The notes under the pieces were generated by a model. It was not told where the DNA came from, did not search any database, and saw only the letters and a list, made by a program, of their open reading frames with translations. From the human T2T-CHM13v2.0 reference genome, Homo sapiens, in assembly GCF_009914755.1 (NCBI RefSeq), contig NC_060935.1: a stretch of DNA of 64,000 nucleotides; one strand, 5' to 3'. The position numbers and the translations under genes are program-made. Below are positions 1-20,626 of this stretch, one piece after another. The first letter of the stretch is position 1. Each line of letters starts with the position of its first letter.

Positions 1-84
1 GCTACATACTGAATAATTTTTAATGTTTGTGTATGTGTTTCCCCATTAGGCTTTGAGACAGATGAGGGCAGAAAAGTTTTCACA

Positions 85-1700
<1,616 letters not shown>

Positions 1701-2648
1701 GAACTATCACCAGCATGTAGCACAAGACCTAGCACTGAGTGGGTGTTAATATACACTTGTGGAATTGAATTTATCAAGTACACTTTGTCATCACTACAAT
1801 GTCATCACTACCTCACACTACAAAGTGTGATCCATGTAACACCCAGAAATATTCATCTTCTATACTGATATGAGTTTTAGGATGCAAACCTGTATAATCA
1901 GGTAAAACAGCTAGTGTGTAGTTTAGTGAAAGGTTAAACCTTACGGTCATCTAAGGGGAAGGAAAGTGGAATTTATAGCTCTACCTTTAAGAATTCTCTT
2001 CAAGCTCACCAGATAGATGGGGTTTTTCCTTGTCTTAGTTTGGTGCTATAGGTTGCGAGCAGGATAATTCCATGGGCCGTCTAAAGCAGGACTGAGGATG
2101 TGAAGACTAGCTGACAGTGAAGAGGAACTATTAACTCATAAATTATGAGAACTGGGAGTTTTCAGAGATTATCTGGCTACAAGTTATTCAAAACCTTATT
2201 TTTGTTTTCTTAATGGAATCTCCTTTTACCAAACCCATTAGTATGTGTAATCTGAATGTATGATACTGACAAAAGGGTAAGACAATTAATATAAATTTAT
2301 GCTATATATTTATTTTTATAACAGTTAAATATTTTGAACATGATAAAACAATGAGTCTGTTTTGATGAACACAAGTGTCTAAAATTCTAAATTTGGTTGC
2401 TAGAGATGACAGTTGGAATTACGTTAGCCTTAGTATCCAATTTATTTCTGTATTTTGCTTTGTTGGTACTGTTCAGAGAAAATCCTGAATCATACAAGTT
2501 AATTTTTTAAAATAATAACTACTTTTAAAAACAGATTATTATGAAATCCTGGGACACTCATCAAATAAGCTATCAAGAATGATAGGGACTCTTAATGCTT
2601 GTCTATTCATCCAGGGTTATAATTACGACTATTAAGAAGCACCTGCTA

Positions 2649-2991
<343 letters not shown>

Positions 2992-4188
2992 TTAGATTTA
3001 ACTTAATAAAGACTCACCCTTCCAAAAATTTTTTATTGAATGATTATTCTACAATAGAATACATATACAAATATGAATAAAGACTCAGTCTGTGTCTTTA
3101 TTTAAGACACAGAAATTTACAATAAAGATGAAAAATTAAACATAGAAGCAATAAAAAATAAAAGGTGGAATGACAGAAGCATGCAATAAAGTAACGACTA
3201 CAGTGGAGAAACAAAAAAGAAAGCAGATCTATCTGTGAGACTGCAGAAGAGAATTATATGCAGCTTCACAGAGGTGACACTTGTACTGTTGTGAAGAGTG
3301 TACAGGTGTTTACTAGGTTGAGAAAGTTTGAATATTAGAATATTAGTAGGTAATAAAAGATATGTTGTGTAAGTGATTGCAGAAGTCTTCCATTATGTAA
3401 CAATTGCTGGTATTCTTGTCAGGTATACAAAAGTGAATCAACAAACAACCAATTCTTATACAGTAATCATAAAACCATAGTATGATATTATTCAATATGA
3501 TGTATTATGCATTTACTTGTACAGATTATAGAGGGATCTCAAAAGCTTCTGGAAAATGAAATTAAAAGATAAAAAAATCTTAAATGTTCTCAGCATGAGC
3601 TTCATCAGGCTCAAGACACTTTTGTAAATAATGATGGCAGCTATTTAGTCCATCCCTAGAAAACCGAGAGTCTTGGAACATAACTATGTCAATGCAGTCT
3701 TTTTTACATTATTAAATAAAGAAAAATGGATGCTCTTTTTAGATTTTTTAAGATTAGGAAACAAAAAGAAGTCAGAATGAGCCAAATCAGTACTGTAAAG
3801 TGGATCTCTAATGATTTCTCATTAAAAATCTCACAAAATTGCTCTTGTTTCATGAAAAGAATGAGCAAGAGCATTGTCGTGGTGGAAAAGGACACTCTGA
3901 TGAAGTTTTCCCAAATATTTTTCTGCTATATAAGCTTTATCTAAGTTTCTCAAAACACTATTACAATAAGCAGATGTTATCATTCTTTGAACCTCTGGAA
4001 AGCAGTAAGCAAAATGTCCTGAGCATCCAAAAACACTGTTGCTATGACTTTTGCTCTTGACCAGCCTGCTTGTGCTTTGACTGGACTACTTCCACCTCTT
4101 GGTACCCATTGCTTTGATTGTGCTTTGTCTTGCGGATCATACTGGTAAAGCCGTGTTTCATCTCCTGTTACGATTCTTCAAAGAAATG

Positions 4189-4501
4189 TGATATGGTTTG
4201 ACTCTGTGTCCCCACCCAAATCTTACCTTGAATTGCAATAATCCCCACATGTCATGGGAGGTACTCAGTGGGAGATAACAAAATCATGGTGGGGGCCTTT
4301 CCCATGCTGTTCTTGTGATAGTGAATGAGTTTCATGAGATCTGGTGGTTTTATAAACCCTGCACATACTTTCTTGCCAGCTGCCATGTAAGATGTGAGTT
4401 TGTTCCTCATTCGCCTTCAGTGAATCAATTAAACCTCTTTCCTTTATAAATTACCCAGCCTCAGGTATGTCTTTATTAGTAGCATGAGAAGAGACTATAC
4501 A
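4189..4501 (+). mobile_element. THE1 (THE1B/C-like) MaLR solo LTR nested in HSMAR2
   Basis: Begins tgatatggtttg...gtgtccccacccaaatct and ends ...attaaacctctttcctttataaattacccag...gactataca. 5-bp TSD aaatg/gaatg; internal deletions. Confidence 0.92.
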
Positions 4502-5063
4502 GAATGCTTCTGGATCTTGGTCTCACTTGTATAAAATTTCCATTGAAAGCTCTGCTCTTATCTGCAAATGATCTGGGTACAAAGGTTTTGGCACTTATCA
4601 AGTGGAAACTTAGCTCAACTTTAATCCTACAGTCAGAATTGTGTGAGTGGAACTAGTTGAGATGTCTATACTGTTGGCTATTGTTTCTGCGGTTAGTGGT
4701 TGGTCCTCTTGAAATAGGGCACAGACAAGACAAACTTTTTTTTTCTTGAAATGTGGATGGTCTGCAACTTTGGGCTTTATCTTCAACATCATTTTGTCCC
4801 TTCTTACAAGTTATCCACTTGTAAACTGCTGATTTCTTTGGGTGCATTTTCCCTATAAGCTTTTTGTGAAAAAAGCATTAATGATTTCACCATTTTTCCA
4901 TGCAAGCGTTACCATAAATTTGTTGTTTGTTTTAGCAGAATTCACAGGGGCTCTTTCAAACTGATGTCTTAACTTTCTTAGTGCCGTAAACAAGATCTTG
5001 TTCAGCCATGTTATAACAAGTTAGTATAAGCTGATTTCGGTGCAAAAAGTTTTGAAATTCTTT

Positions 5064-5159
5064 CTTCCTCCCTCCCTCCCTCCCTCCCTCCCTCCCTCCC
5101 TCCCTCCCTCCTTCCTTCCTTCCTTCCTTCCTTCCTTCCTTCCTTCCTTCCTTCCTTCC
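5064..5159. repeat. Compound (CCCT)n(CCTT)n microsatellite in place of the Alu tail
   Basis: Directly visible tandem tetranucleotides abutting the Alu 3' end. Confidence 0.95.
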
Positions 5160-5164
5160 ATCCT

Positions 5165-5438
5165 TGTCTTGTTCTGTTATCTAGGCTGGAGTGCAGTGGC
5201 TGATCTCAGCTCACTGCAACCTCTGCCTCCCCGGCTCAAGTGATTCTCCTGCCTCAGCCTCTTGAGTAACTGGGATTGCAGGTACCTGCTATCACGCCCA
5301 GCTAATTTTCATATTTTTAGTAGAGATGGGGTTTCACCATGTTGGCCAGGCTGGTCTCAAACTCCTGACTTCAAGTGATCCGCCAACCTCAGCCTCCTAA
5401 AGTGCGGGGATTACAAGTGTGAGCCACCCTGCTCAGAC
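5165..5438 (-). mobile_element. AluS (Sx/Sz-like) nested in HSMAR2
   Basis: Reverse-complement Alu dimer ('ttggccaggctggtctcaaactcctgacttcaagtgatcc'); HSMAR2 sequence resumes on both sides. Confidence 0.9.
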
Positions 5439-5834
5439 TCATGCATAGTTTCTTCATAGTGTGTTTTCCATGAACATTTTGAAGACACCTCGTACTACAC
5501 CATAAAGAAAACAAACAAAGCAGGAAAACTCAAGCCCGATGGTTTGAGTATGTTGCTGAGTGCTTTAGTAGAATAACCTACATGTGAACAGACATACAGG
5601 CCTGAATTTAAATAAAAGGCCAGTGTCACAGTACAAGCATTATATATAGCTAATGATATATTTACACTAAGTTCAGATATATTAAATATGAGAGCAGGTT
5701 AATCTTCATTTTCAAAGTTTATACAAAAACACATTAATACACTGGAGATCAACAAGTGAAACTTTGGCTTGTGACATTTTCATGTTTGCTTATTCATTTC
5801 TTATTTAAGTATTTTAAAATACATTTAAACATTT

Positions 5835-6325
5835 AAAGATATATTTGTATACCCATGTTTATGGCAGTATTATTCACAATAGCCAAAAAGTGGGACCAAC
5901 TCCAATTTCTAACAGTGGATGAATAAACAAAATGTGGTATATACATACAATGGACTATTATTCAGCCTTAAAAGGGAAGGAAATTCTGACCCATGCTTAC
6001 AACATGGATTAATCTTAAGGACATTATGCTAAATGAAATAAACTAATCATAAAAAGACAAATATTTTATGATTCCACTTATGTGAGGTACTAGAGTAGTC
6101 AATACAAATTGAAGCAAATTAGAATATTTGCCAGAGGCTGAGGATGAAGGGAAATAGGGTGTTGTTGTTTAATGGTTATAGTTTCACTTTTGCAAGATGA
6201 AAAAGTTTTGGAGATTGGTGCACAGCAACATGAATATGTTTAACACTACTGAACTGTACACTTAAAATGGTTGTTGGTAAATTTTATGTTCTGTGTATTT
6301 TATCGTAACTAAAAATAAAAAATAT
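5835..6325 (+). mobile_element. L1MB-type 3' end fragment
   Basis: 'ataaacaaaatgtggtatatacatacaatggactattattcagccttaaaa...actactgaactgtacacttaaaatggtt' is typical of an L1MB 3' UTR; A-rich end. Confidence 0.85.
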
Positions 6326-7198
6326 TTAAATTTGTATAAACATTTATGAAATCCTGGCAGCTTCTCTGGAATACAATTTGAAAGCCACTGATTTCATTTC
6401 ATCAATTTAGAGGTGAAACTACTGTAGAATACCTGACCATTCTGTCCATGTGTATCTAGAATTTCTAGAACTCTTTTCAGAGTTTTTTCCATAATAAATG
6501 CTTTCTTTTTATCTCACCTAGTCATCTGGAAAGTCTAGTACCAGCACTCTTACACATAAAGAAATGAGTACCCATTATGTCTGTGTTGATCTTTTCTTTG
6601 TTTTGTGAGATGAAAAAAAAATCATATTTGATCTTTTATTTTAAAAAGAAAGCCAGAAAAATGCAGCCTGCAAATATACATTTAGATTTAAGACATATAT
6701 TAATTTATTTCCATATCAATAATTTAAACAAATAAGAGTCTCTTTTTTAAACTGGGTGGCAGGGGGGTGGGTGGGTGGGAATCATTGCTTTCACTGGATG
6801 CTACTACTTTGAAACTGAAAGAATTAAAGTTTATTAAATAACTGCCATAATAATTACCAATTCCTTATCAAGCCTTCTTAATCATTGAAAATATATAATC
6901 AGAATATTTTGACCTATGTTTTGTGATCATTCTTTAAAAGTGTACCAAATTTAATAACATAATTATTAATGTAGATTTTTATTATTGTACTTTAAGTTCT
7001 GGAGTATATGTGCATAATGTGCAGGTTTGTTACATAGGTATACACGTGCCATGGTGGTTAGCTGCACCCATCAACCTGTCATCTACCTTGGGTATTTCTT
7101 CTAATGCTACCCCTCCCCTAGCACCTCACCCCACAACAGACCCCAGTGTGTGAAGTTCCCCTGCCTGTGTCCATGTGTTCTCATTGTTCAACTCCCAC

Positions 7199-10989
<3,791 letters not shown>

Positions 10990-11039
10990 TATGATGCTAG
11001 CTGGTTATTTTGCCCATTAGTTGATGCCTTTTCCTCATA

Positions 11040-12069
11040 GCATCAGTGGTCTTTACAATTTGTTATATTTTTGCTGTGGCTGGTACCGGTTGTTCCTTTC
11101 CATTTTTAGTGCTTCCTTCAGGATCTCTTGTTATCTGGTGGTAACAAAATCTCTCAGCAATTTTCTTGTCTGTAAAAGATTTTATTTCTCCTTTGCTTAT
11201 GAAGCATAGTTTGGCTGGATACGAAATTCTGGGTTGAAAATTCTTTAAGAATGTTGAATGTTGGACCCCACTCTCTTCTGGCTTGTAGCGTTTCTGCTGA
11301 GAGATCCACTGTTAGTTTTATGGCCTTCCCTTTGTGGGTAACCTGACCTTTCTCTCTGGCTGCCCTTAACATTTTTTTCCTTCATTTCAACCTTGTTGAA
11401 TCTGATGATTATGTGTCTTGGGGATGCTCTTCTCGAGGAGTATCTTTGCAGTGTTCTCTGTATTTCCTGAATTTGAATGTTTGCCTGTCTTGCTAGGTTG
11501 GGGAAGTTCTCCTGGATAATATCCTAAAGAATGTTTTCCAGTGTGGTTCCATTCTCCCTGTCACTTTCAAACAAATCAAACATAGATTTGGTCTTTTCAC
11601 ATAGTCCTATATTTCTTGGAGGCTTTGTTCGTTCTTTTCACTCTTTTTTCTCTAATCTTGTCTTCTCTCTTTATTTCACTGAGTGATCTCCAATCTCTGA
11701 TATCCTTTTTCTCACTTGATTGATTCAGCTATCTGTACTTGTGTATGCTTCATGAAGTTCCCATGCTGTGTATTTCAGCTCCATCAGGTCATTTATGTCC
11801 TTCTCTAAATTGGTTATTGTGGTTACTGATTTGTCTAACCTTTTTTCAAGGTTCTTAGCTTCCTTGCATTGGGTTAGAACATGCTCCTTTAGCTCTGAGG
11901 AGTTTATTACCCACCTTCTGAATCCTACTTCTGTCAATTTGTCAAACTCATTCTCCATCCAGTTTTGTTGTGTTGCTGGTGAGGATTTGTGATCCTTTGG
12001 AGGAGAAGAGGTGTTCTGGTTTTTGGAATTTTCAGCCTTTTTGCGCTGGTTTCTCCCAATTTTCATGAA
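11040..12069 (-). pseudogene. Decayed L1 ORF1p
   Basis: Fragments GRNQRKKAENSKNQ...ELKEHVLTQCKEAKNLEKRL and MLRAAREKGQVTHKG..LSAETLQARREWGP. Confidence 0.88.
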
Positions 12070-13639
12070 TTTATCTACCTTTGGTCTTTGAAGTTGGTGA
12101 CCTTCCAGTGGGGTCTCTGAGTGGACATCCTTTTTGTTGATGTTGATACTGTTCCTGTTTTTTAGTTTTTCTTCTAATAGTCAGGACCTTCTGCTGCAGG
12201 TCTGCTGGAGTTTGCTTGAGGTCTACTCCAAACCCTGTTTGCCTGGATATCACTGGCAGAGCCTGCAGAACAGCAAAGATTGCTGCCTGTTCCTTCTTCT
12301 GGAAGCTTTGTCCCAGTGGGGCACCCACCAGATGCCAGCCGGAGCTCTTCTGCATGAGGTGTTCGTTGGTGCCTTCTGGGAGGTGTCTCTCAATCAGAAT
12401 ACATGGGGGTCAGGGACCTACTTGAGGAGGCAGTCTGACCCTTATTAGAGCTCGAATGCTGTGCTGGGAGATCCGCTGCTCTCTTCAGAGTCGTCAGGCA
12501 GGAACGTTTAAGTCTGCTGAAGCTGTACCCACAACCACCCCTTCCCCCAGGTGCTCTGTCCCAGGGAGATGGGGGTTTTATCTACAAGTCCCTGACTGGG
12601 GCTGCTGCCTTTTTTTCAGAGGTGTCCTGCCCACATAGGAGGGAATGTGGAGGGGCAGTCTGGCTGCAGAGGCCTTGCAGAGCTGAAGTGGGCTCTGCCC
12701 AGTTCGAACTTCCTGGTGGCTTTATTTACACTGAGGGAGCAGCCTACTCAAGCCTCAGCAATGGTGTACGCCCCTCTCCCCACCAAACTGGAACATCCCA
12801 GGTTGAGCTCAGACTGCTGTGCTGGCAGTGAGAATTTCAAGCCAGTGGATCTTAGCTTGTTTGTCTCTGTGGGGGTGGGACCCGCCGAGCCTGACTACTT
12901 GACTCCCAGGCTTCATCCCCCTTTCCAGGGGAGTGAACGGTTCTGTCTTGGTGGCATTACAGGTGCCACTAGGGTATGAAAAAAAACTTCTGCGGCTAGC
13001 TCATCGTCTGCCCAAACAGTTGTCCAGTTTTGTGCTGGAAACCTAGGGCCCTGGTGGTGTAGGCACCTGAGGGAATCTCCTGTTCTACGGGTTGTGAAGA
13101 CCATGGGAAAAGTGCAGTATCTGGGCCGGAGTGCATGGTATGGTCCCTAATGGTTTCCCTTGGCTAGACAAGGCAGTTCTCTAACCGCTTGCGCTTCCCA
13201 GGTGAGGCGAAGCCCCACCCTGCTTCGACTCGCCCTCCTTAGGTCCCACTGTTCAACCAGTCCCAATGCAATGAACTGGGTACCTCAGCTGGAAATGCAG
13301 AAATTATCCACCTTCTGCGTCCATCTCACTGGGAGATGCAGACCAGAGCTGTTCCTATTCGACCATCTTGCCAGCACCTCCTATTAATGTATCTTTAAAA
13401 GCTACTTTATTTATAAATTATCCAGAACATTTATAAAACATTAATAAAATATTATGTATACATTCAGCTCTGAATTTCTCAATGTCAAGGACTTAGTTTG
13501 TTCATCTTTGAATTCCAAGCATTCTTCTTTGCACATAATAAAGAGCACATATTTGTAAAAATATTGGACTTGCCACTCTGGGACTTTAGTTGTAACACAG
13601 GAAAGAGTCTAAAATCCTAAAAACATAACCACTGATGAT

Positions 13640-13880
13640 ATATTGTCAGATTGACACCAATTAGGATCAAAAAATATTTGCTCTAAGAAAGATATTGGAA
13701 ACAAAACAGAAAAGCCCTATGCTACATTACTTTCAACTGTTGAAATAGCTACATTTGGAATTTTTGTTCTCAACCTGAAGACTATCATAACATGGCAGGA
13801 GACAATTTAGAGAAAGCACATACAGCTTTAATTAGTAGACATCTGAAACTGCAGGCTTTAATTTGATTGACATTGGTTAT
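13640..13880. promoter_or_regulatory. Candidate developmental enhancer (PBX/MEIS plus homeodomain motif cluster)
   Basis: TGTCA/TGACA pair at 13644-13656, GCTTTAATT at 13825 and 13855, E-box CATCTG, and TGATTGACA at 13864-13872, all in apparently unique sequence. Motif evidence only. Confidence 0.3.
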
Positions 13881-14649
13881 AAAAATGTTACATTAAAATT
13901 GGGTAAGAGGGCTTGAGAAGAAAACAATTTTGACCTATTTTCTTCTCATGACATAAATACTTTAGTGATATGTGAAATTGCCTTTCGAAGCAATGTACAG
14001 GAAAGACAATAAGAAAATATTTACATTTCTGTGATTATAACTGTCTTACAATTAAGAGTCATGTTGGAAAGACAGCCAAATAGAAATGGGGTTACATAGT
14101 AAAAATCTAAAACTTTTCCATTTCTTTTCATAATCACATGAGCTTCTCTCTTTGTTTGTAGTAAAACATAAAGGGCAGCCCAAGATATTCAATTATCTCA
14201 CTAAACATTTTTTGGTTAATCTTGAGGAATGCAACATTTACATATGAGGATTGTGATGACCACAAAACTTATAAAATGTTTGTTACAGGATATTGTATTT
14301 GTTCACTTAGCTGATAAAATGCTTTTTTTTTTTGTAGAAAATTGAATTTATCTACTTAATCTGTAAATAAATTAACAGCCTTGGGAAAACTAACCCACTG
14401 CTCTATAAATGGATTCTACCATCATGTAATCAATTCAACACCATGTGTGGGTTCTCAGATTAAAAAAATTTAACTAACTCTGTGTTGCCTTTGACAGATT
14501 TAATTCAAATACAATATGAAATCTGGTATCTTTTACATGTGTGACAACAGCTTAAAATACAGGATTTTCAGTTAGAAAAGATCAAATCTAGGAATTTTAA
14601 TCACCTAGAAGTAAGAAATTATGAAGACTATGGATAATGTTAGCATTGA

Positions 14650-15001
<352 letters not shown>

Positions 15002-16294
15002 TGAGAGTATTTACATAAATACTAAGAGAAGATAAAGGCTTAAACATGAATTAGTTCAAGAAGATTTTAGTCAAATTAATGAAGGATGAAGCCAAGATGA
15101 ATGTAAGGAAATATCACTAACTTTTTGAGATTTTAATAGTGTAAATTCCTCTCCTTCTTTACCAAAACATATTTAGATGCTACCATCAAAGAAGTGTTAA
15201 TTGCATTAAATTATTATGGCTAGTACTGGAAATTTGGATATGTAAGTAATTTATTAAATATTCTCAAATGATACTAACATCCGTTTAAAAAAATCTAACT
15301 TCTAACTTAAATAAAAATACATACATGCTCAAACATGCTCTGCAGAAACTCTTTTCCTGTTTTAATTACATCTCAGGCATCCCCGAACTTTCTGGCTGCT
15401 TTTGAGTATAAAAAAGTCCAGAGTTCAGTCCAGTACAATTTAAATAAGTTGACCATTTTAAGTTCAGATCTTTCTCTCTGCATAATGATCATTTAAACTC
15501 AGCCTGAGGGTCTTAGTGTGGAAAAGGCATAATCAAATCTTTTACTCTTCTGCCTTTTTCCTCTTCTGCTTCTTCTTTCTCCTTTAGTGAATTGGATCTA
15601 GGATCAGAGATGGGGAAAAGGGGCAGAAATCTTTTCATTTAATTGTAATCCTCTTGGCTGTCAATGACACGGGCAAGAAAGGCATCTGAATGGCAACTCT
15701 CTCATGTCGAACATGTGTGAAGCCATTGGGAATTTTGAGAGGTTTTCCGACTAAATGGTTTTATACTGTGGAAGCCATTCTCTTCACACCTTCCTTCAGC
15801 TTTCTCCCCAAGCAGTGTGTCAGTCATTTCCCTTCTGCTAGAATCTGCTTCTGAAGTGGCAGCTCAAGCCAGTTACCTTCTTATCTGGGCTTATCTGGCT
15901 CATATGACACTCCTACATCCTTATAATTCCAAGCAGTTTGAATGTTCTGTGTCCTACATTGTCTCTTCACTTTGCATTGCCTCTCCACTTCTCTTTTCCT
16001 CCTGCACAAATGTTCATGAGGGCCACAAGTAAATGTCCACCTAGACAATGTGGTGTTATCTCATCTTCTTTCAGGCTCCATTTTTTATAAGTAGTTTTCT
16101 TGGAGCCTCATTATTTGGATGGGAGGAGCAACTCTTATTCTCCCTTTAAAAGGTAATGTGTAACATTTTAACAGAAGGTCTGCATTTTCTACAACTCTTT
16201 CCATGGGCCCCTGTGTTTCCTTTCTTCTTTCATGAGGTCTCGGGGGGTGCTGGTGAGACTGACGGTATTTACTTCTTTTAAAAAACCCTCCTGA

Positions 16295-18327
<2,033 letters not shown>

Positions 18328-19225
18328 AAGTACTCAAACAAATTTACAAGAAAAAAACAGCCCTATCAAAAAGTGGGCAAAGGATATGAACAGACACTCC
18401 TCAAAAGAAGACATTCATGCAGCCAACAGACACATGAAAAAATGCTCATCATCACTGGCCATCAGAGAAAAGCAAATCAAAACCACAGTGAGATATCATC
18501 TCACACCAGTTAGAATGGCGATCATTAAAAAGTCAGGAAACAACAGGTGCTGGAGAGGATGTGGAGAAATAGGAACACTTTTACACGTTGGTGGGACTGT
18601 AAACTAGTTCAACCATTGTGGAAGCAGTGTGGCGATTCCTCAGGGATCTAGAACTAGAAATACCATTTGACCCAGCCATCCCATTACTGGGTATATACCC
18701 AAAGGAATATAAATCATGCTGCTATAAAGACACATGCACACATATGTTTATTGCAGCACTACTCACAATAGCAAAGACTTGGAACCAACCCAAATGTGCA
18801 ACAATGATAGACTGGATTAAGAAAATGTGGCACATATACACCATGGAATACTATGCAGCCATAAAAAATGATGAGTTCATGTCTTTTGTAGGGACATGGA
18901 TGAAGCTGGAAACCATCATTCTCAGCAAACTCTTGCAAGGACAAAAAAACCAAACACTGCATGTTCTCACTCATAGGTGGGAATTGAACAATGAGAACAC
19001 ATGGACACAGGAAGGGGAACATCACAAACCAGGGCCTGTTGTGGGGTGGGGGAGGGGGGCGGGATAGCATTAGGAGATATACCTAATGTAAATGACGAGT
19101 TAATGGGTGGAGCAAACCAACATGGCACATGTATTCATAAGTAATAAACCTGCACGTTGTGCACATGTACCCTATAACTTAAAATATAATGGAAAAAGTA
19201 TACATAAAAAAGGAAAAATAAAGTT
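18328..19225 (+). mobile_element. Non-inverted 3' segment and A-tail of the same L1PA4-like insertion
   Basis: Starts 'aagtactcaaacaaatttacaag', then ORF2 C-terminus, 3' UTR 'gggatagcattaggagatatacctaatgtaaatgacgag' and an A-rich tail. TSD aaaagaactaattaa (16572-16586) / aaaaaaactaactaa (19226-19240). Confidence 0.93.
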
Positions 19226-20626
19226 AAAAAAACTAACTAAATAAACAAACAAACTAAAAAACCCTCCTGAATGCTCTCTTTAGAATGCCTGTGGTGATAC
19301 TTGGATGCAAATCTAAAGCATCAGGAAAAGTTAAATTCACAATTAATTACTTATATGTCGAGCTGGAGATTTGCAGGAGCACTCTTTATTCCAATGCATT
19401 TTTTCATCCACCCTTCCCACATTTTCAGATATGATAAATCATTCAACGGAAGGCACCGTTCTTCAATAAAACATTTAAGATTTTCAAATCATCTGTACTC
19501 AATGATTTCTGTTTAAACTTGCCGAAGTCTCATCTGTAGCTTGAAATCCAAATCCCTCTTTATCAGATTCTTGATATAATTAATTACTTATTTACATAGT
19601 TGTTCTAAAATTCTCTATTTTTAGAAACCTATGATTACATAATGGTCAAAGAACAAGCTCTATTACTGCAAATATTATTACAGCTAGTATTTAAATGGTT
19701 GGAAAATTATAGCACATCTCTTTTTCTCATAGACATGTAGGGGCAAAGTGAATGTATGCACATCTGAGGCAAAAAGAGATTACATTTATATATAATTTGT
19801 ACCTGAAACAATTTCTGTTCATATGCCTTTTATAGTGTGCAGAATGAAAATAACGCCTCTCCCTTTAAAAAGAGCCACTTCTAAGGAGACTAAGCTAAGA
19901 ATGTTTCTTCCATTTGAAGACAAATTTTTACTTTGAAAAGTAAAATATGATAGCTTATCAAAAATTCAGTTTGTTAAATCTTATTGAAGATTCAGACCAA
20001 AGCCATTTTGAAAGACTAGTATTTTAATTTGCCTGCTGTAGGTTTTTCTTATGTATTTATTTTATGTAGCTATCTTTCAGTTTCATGAAACAGTCAAGCA
20101 AATATTGATAGGTGTGTTGAATTTAGTAACACTACTTTCCTAACTTAAGTTATCTATTTCCCTTCAGCTGCCCGTTGAAGATGACCTCATGCTTGCTGAT
20201 GTAATATTAGTGATTGATTGTTAAAAGGATGTTGATATTTCCGTATGCTGTTTATTTTGCTTCTTCATATATTAAATTGGTCTTCTTTTCTTTGTCCTTT
20301 GTATACTTTCTGATTCTTTTGAGAACATACAATAAGTGCTCATAAAATCAGTTATAAATTATATTGTTGAAAAAAATACAAATGTGAATTAGCTTCCTCA
20401 TAATCAGACTTTCTTTCCTAAAAAAAAAAATTACACAGCTACATTTTTGAGTCAAAGTTCTCTCTTATTCATGGCTCCTATTTATTTTATATTTGAGCTA
20501 CATTAACTATATACTTAGCACAAAATACTTCTATAAATTTTCTAATATGTTAGATCACATTATCTGAGAATATTTTCCCAGTTTTTGTCAACTTTGTGAC
20601 ATATTTCACTCACAATTCACATTTCA

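Larger units (their letters stand above)
3530..5492 (-). mobile_element. HSMAR2 mariner DNA transposon, full length, decayed transposase, two nested insertions
   Basis: Terminal inverted repeats 'gagggatctcaaaagcttctggaaaatg' (3531) and 'ttttccatgaacattttgaagacacctcg' (ends 5492), flanked by TA. Minus-strand motifs IVTGDET (~4151-4175), HHDNA (~3870-3885) and YSTDLAHSDF (~3768-3797). ORF-track fragments PKKSAVYKWI and LTAETIANSIDIS. Confidence 0.93.

Noticed and set aside
15400-16270. Higher-GC block that may be an ancient LTR (similar block at ~22300-22720)
   Set aside because: Could not identify termini or family with confidence; left unannotated.
20168-20200. Possible plus-strand micro-exon (ttcccttcag|CTGCCCGTT...GAT|gtaata; LPVEDDLMLAD)
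   Set aside because: Weak donor, unrecognised peptide and no supporting neighbouring exons.
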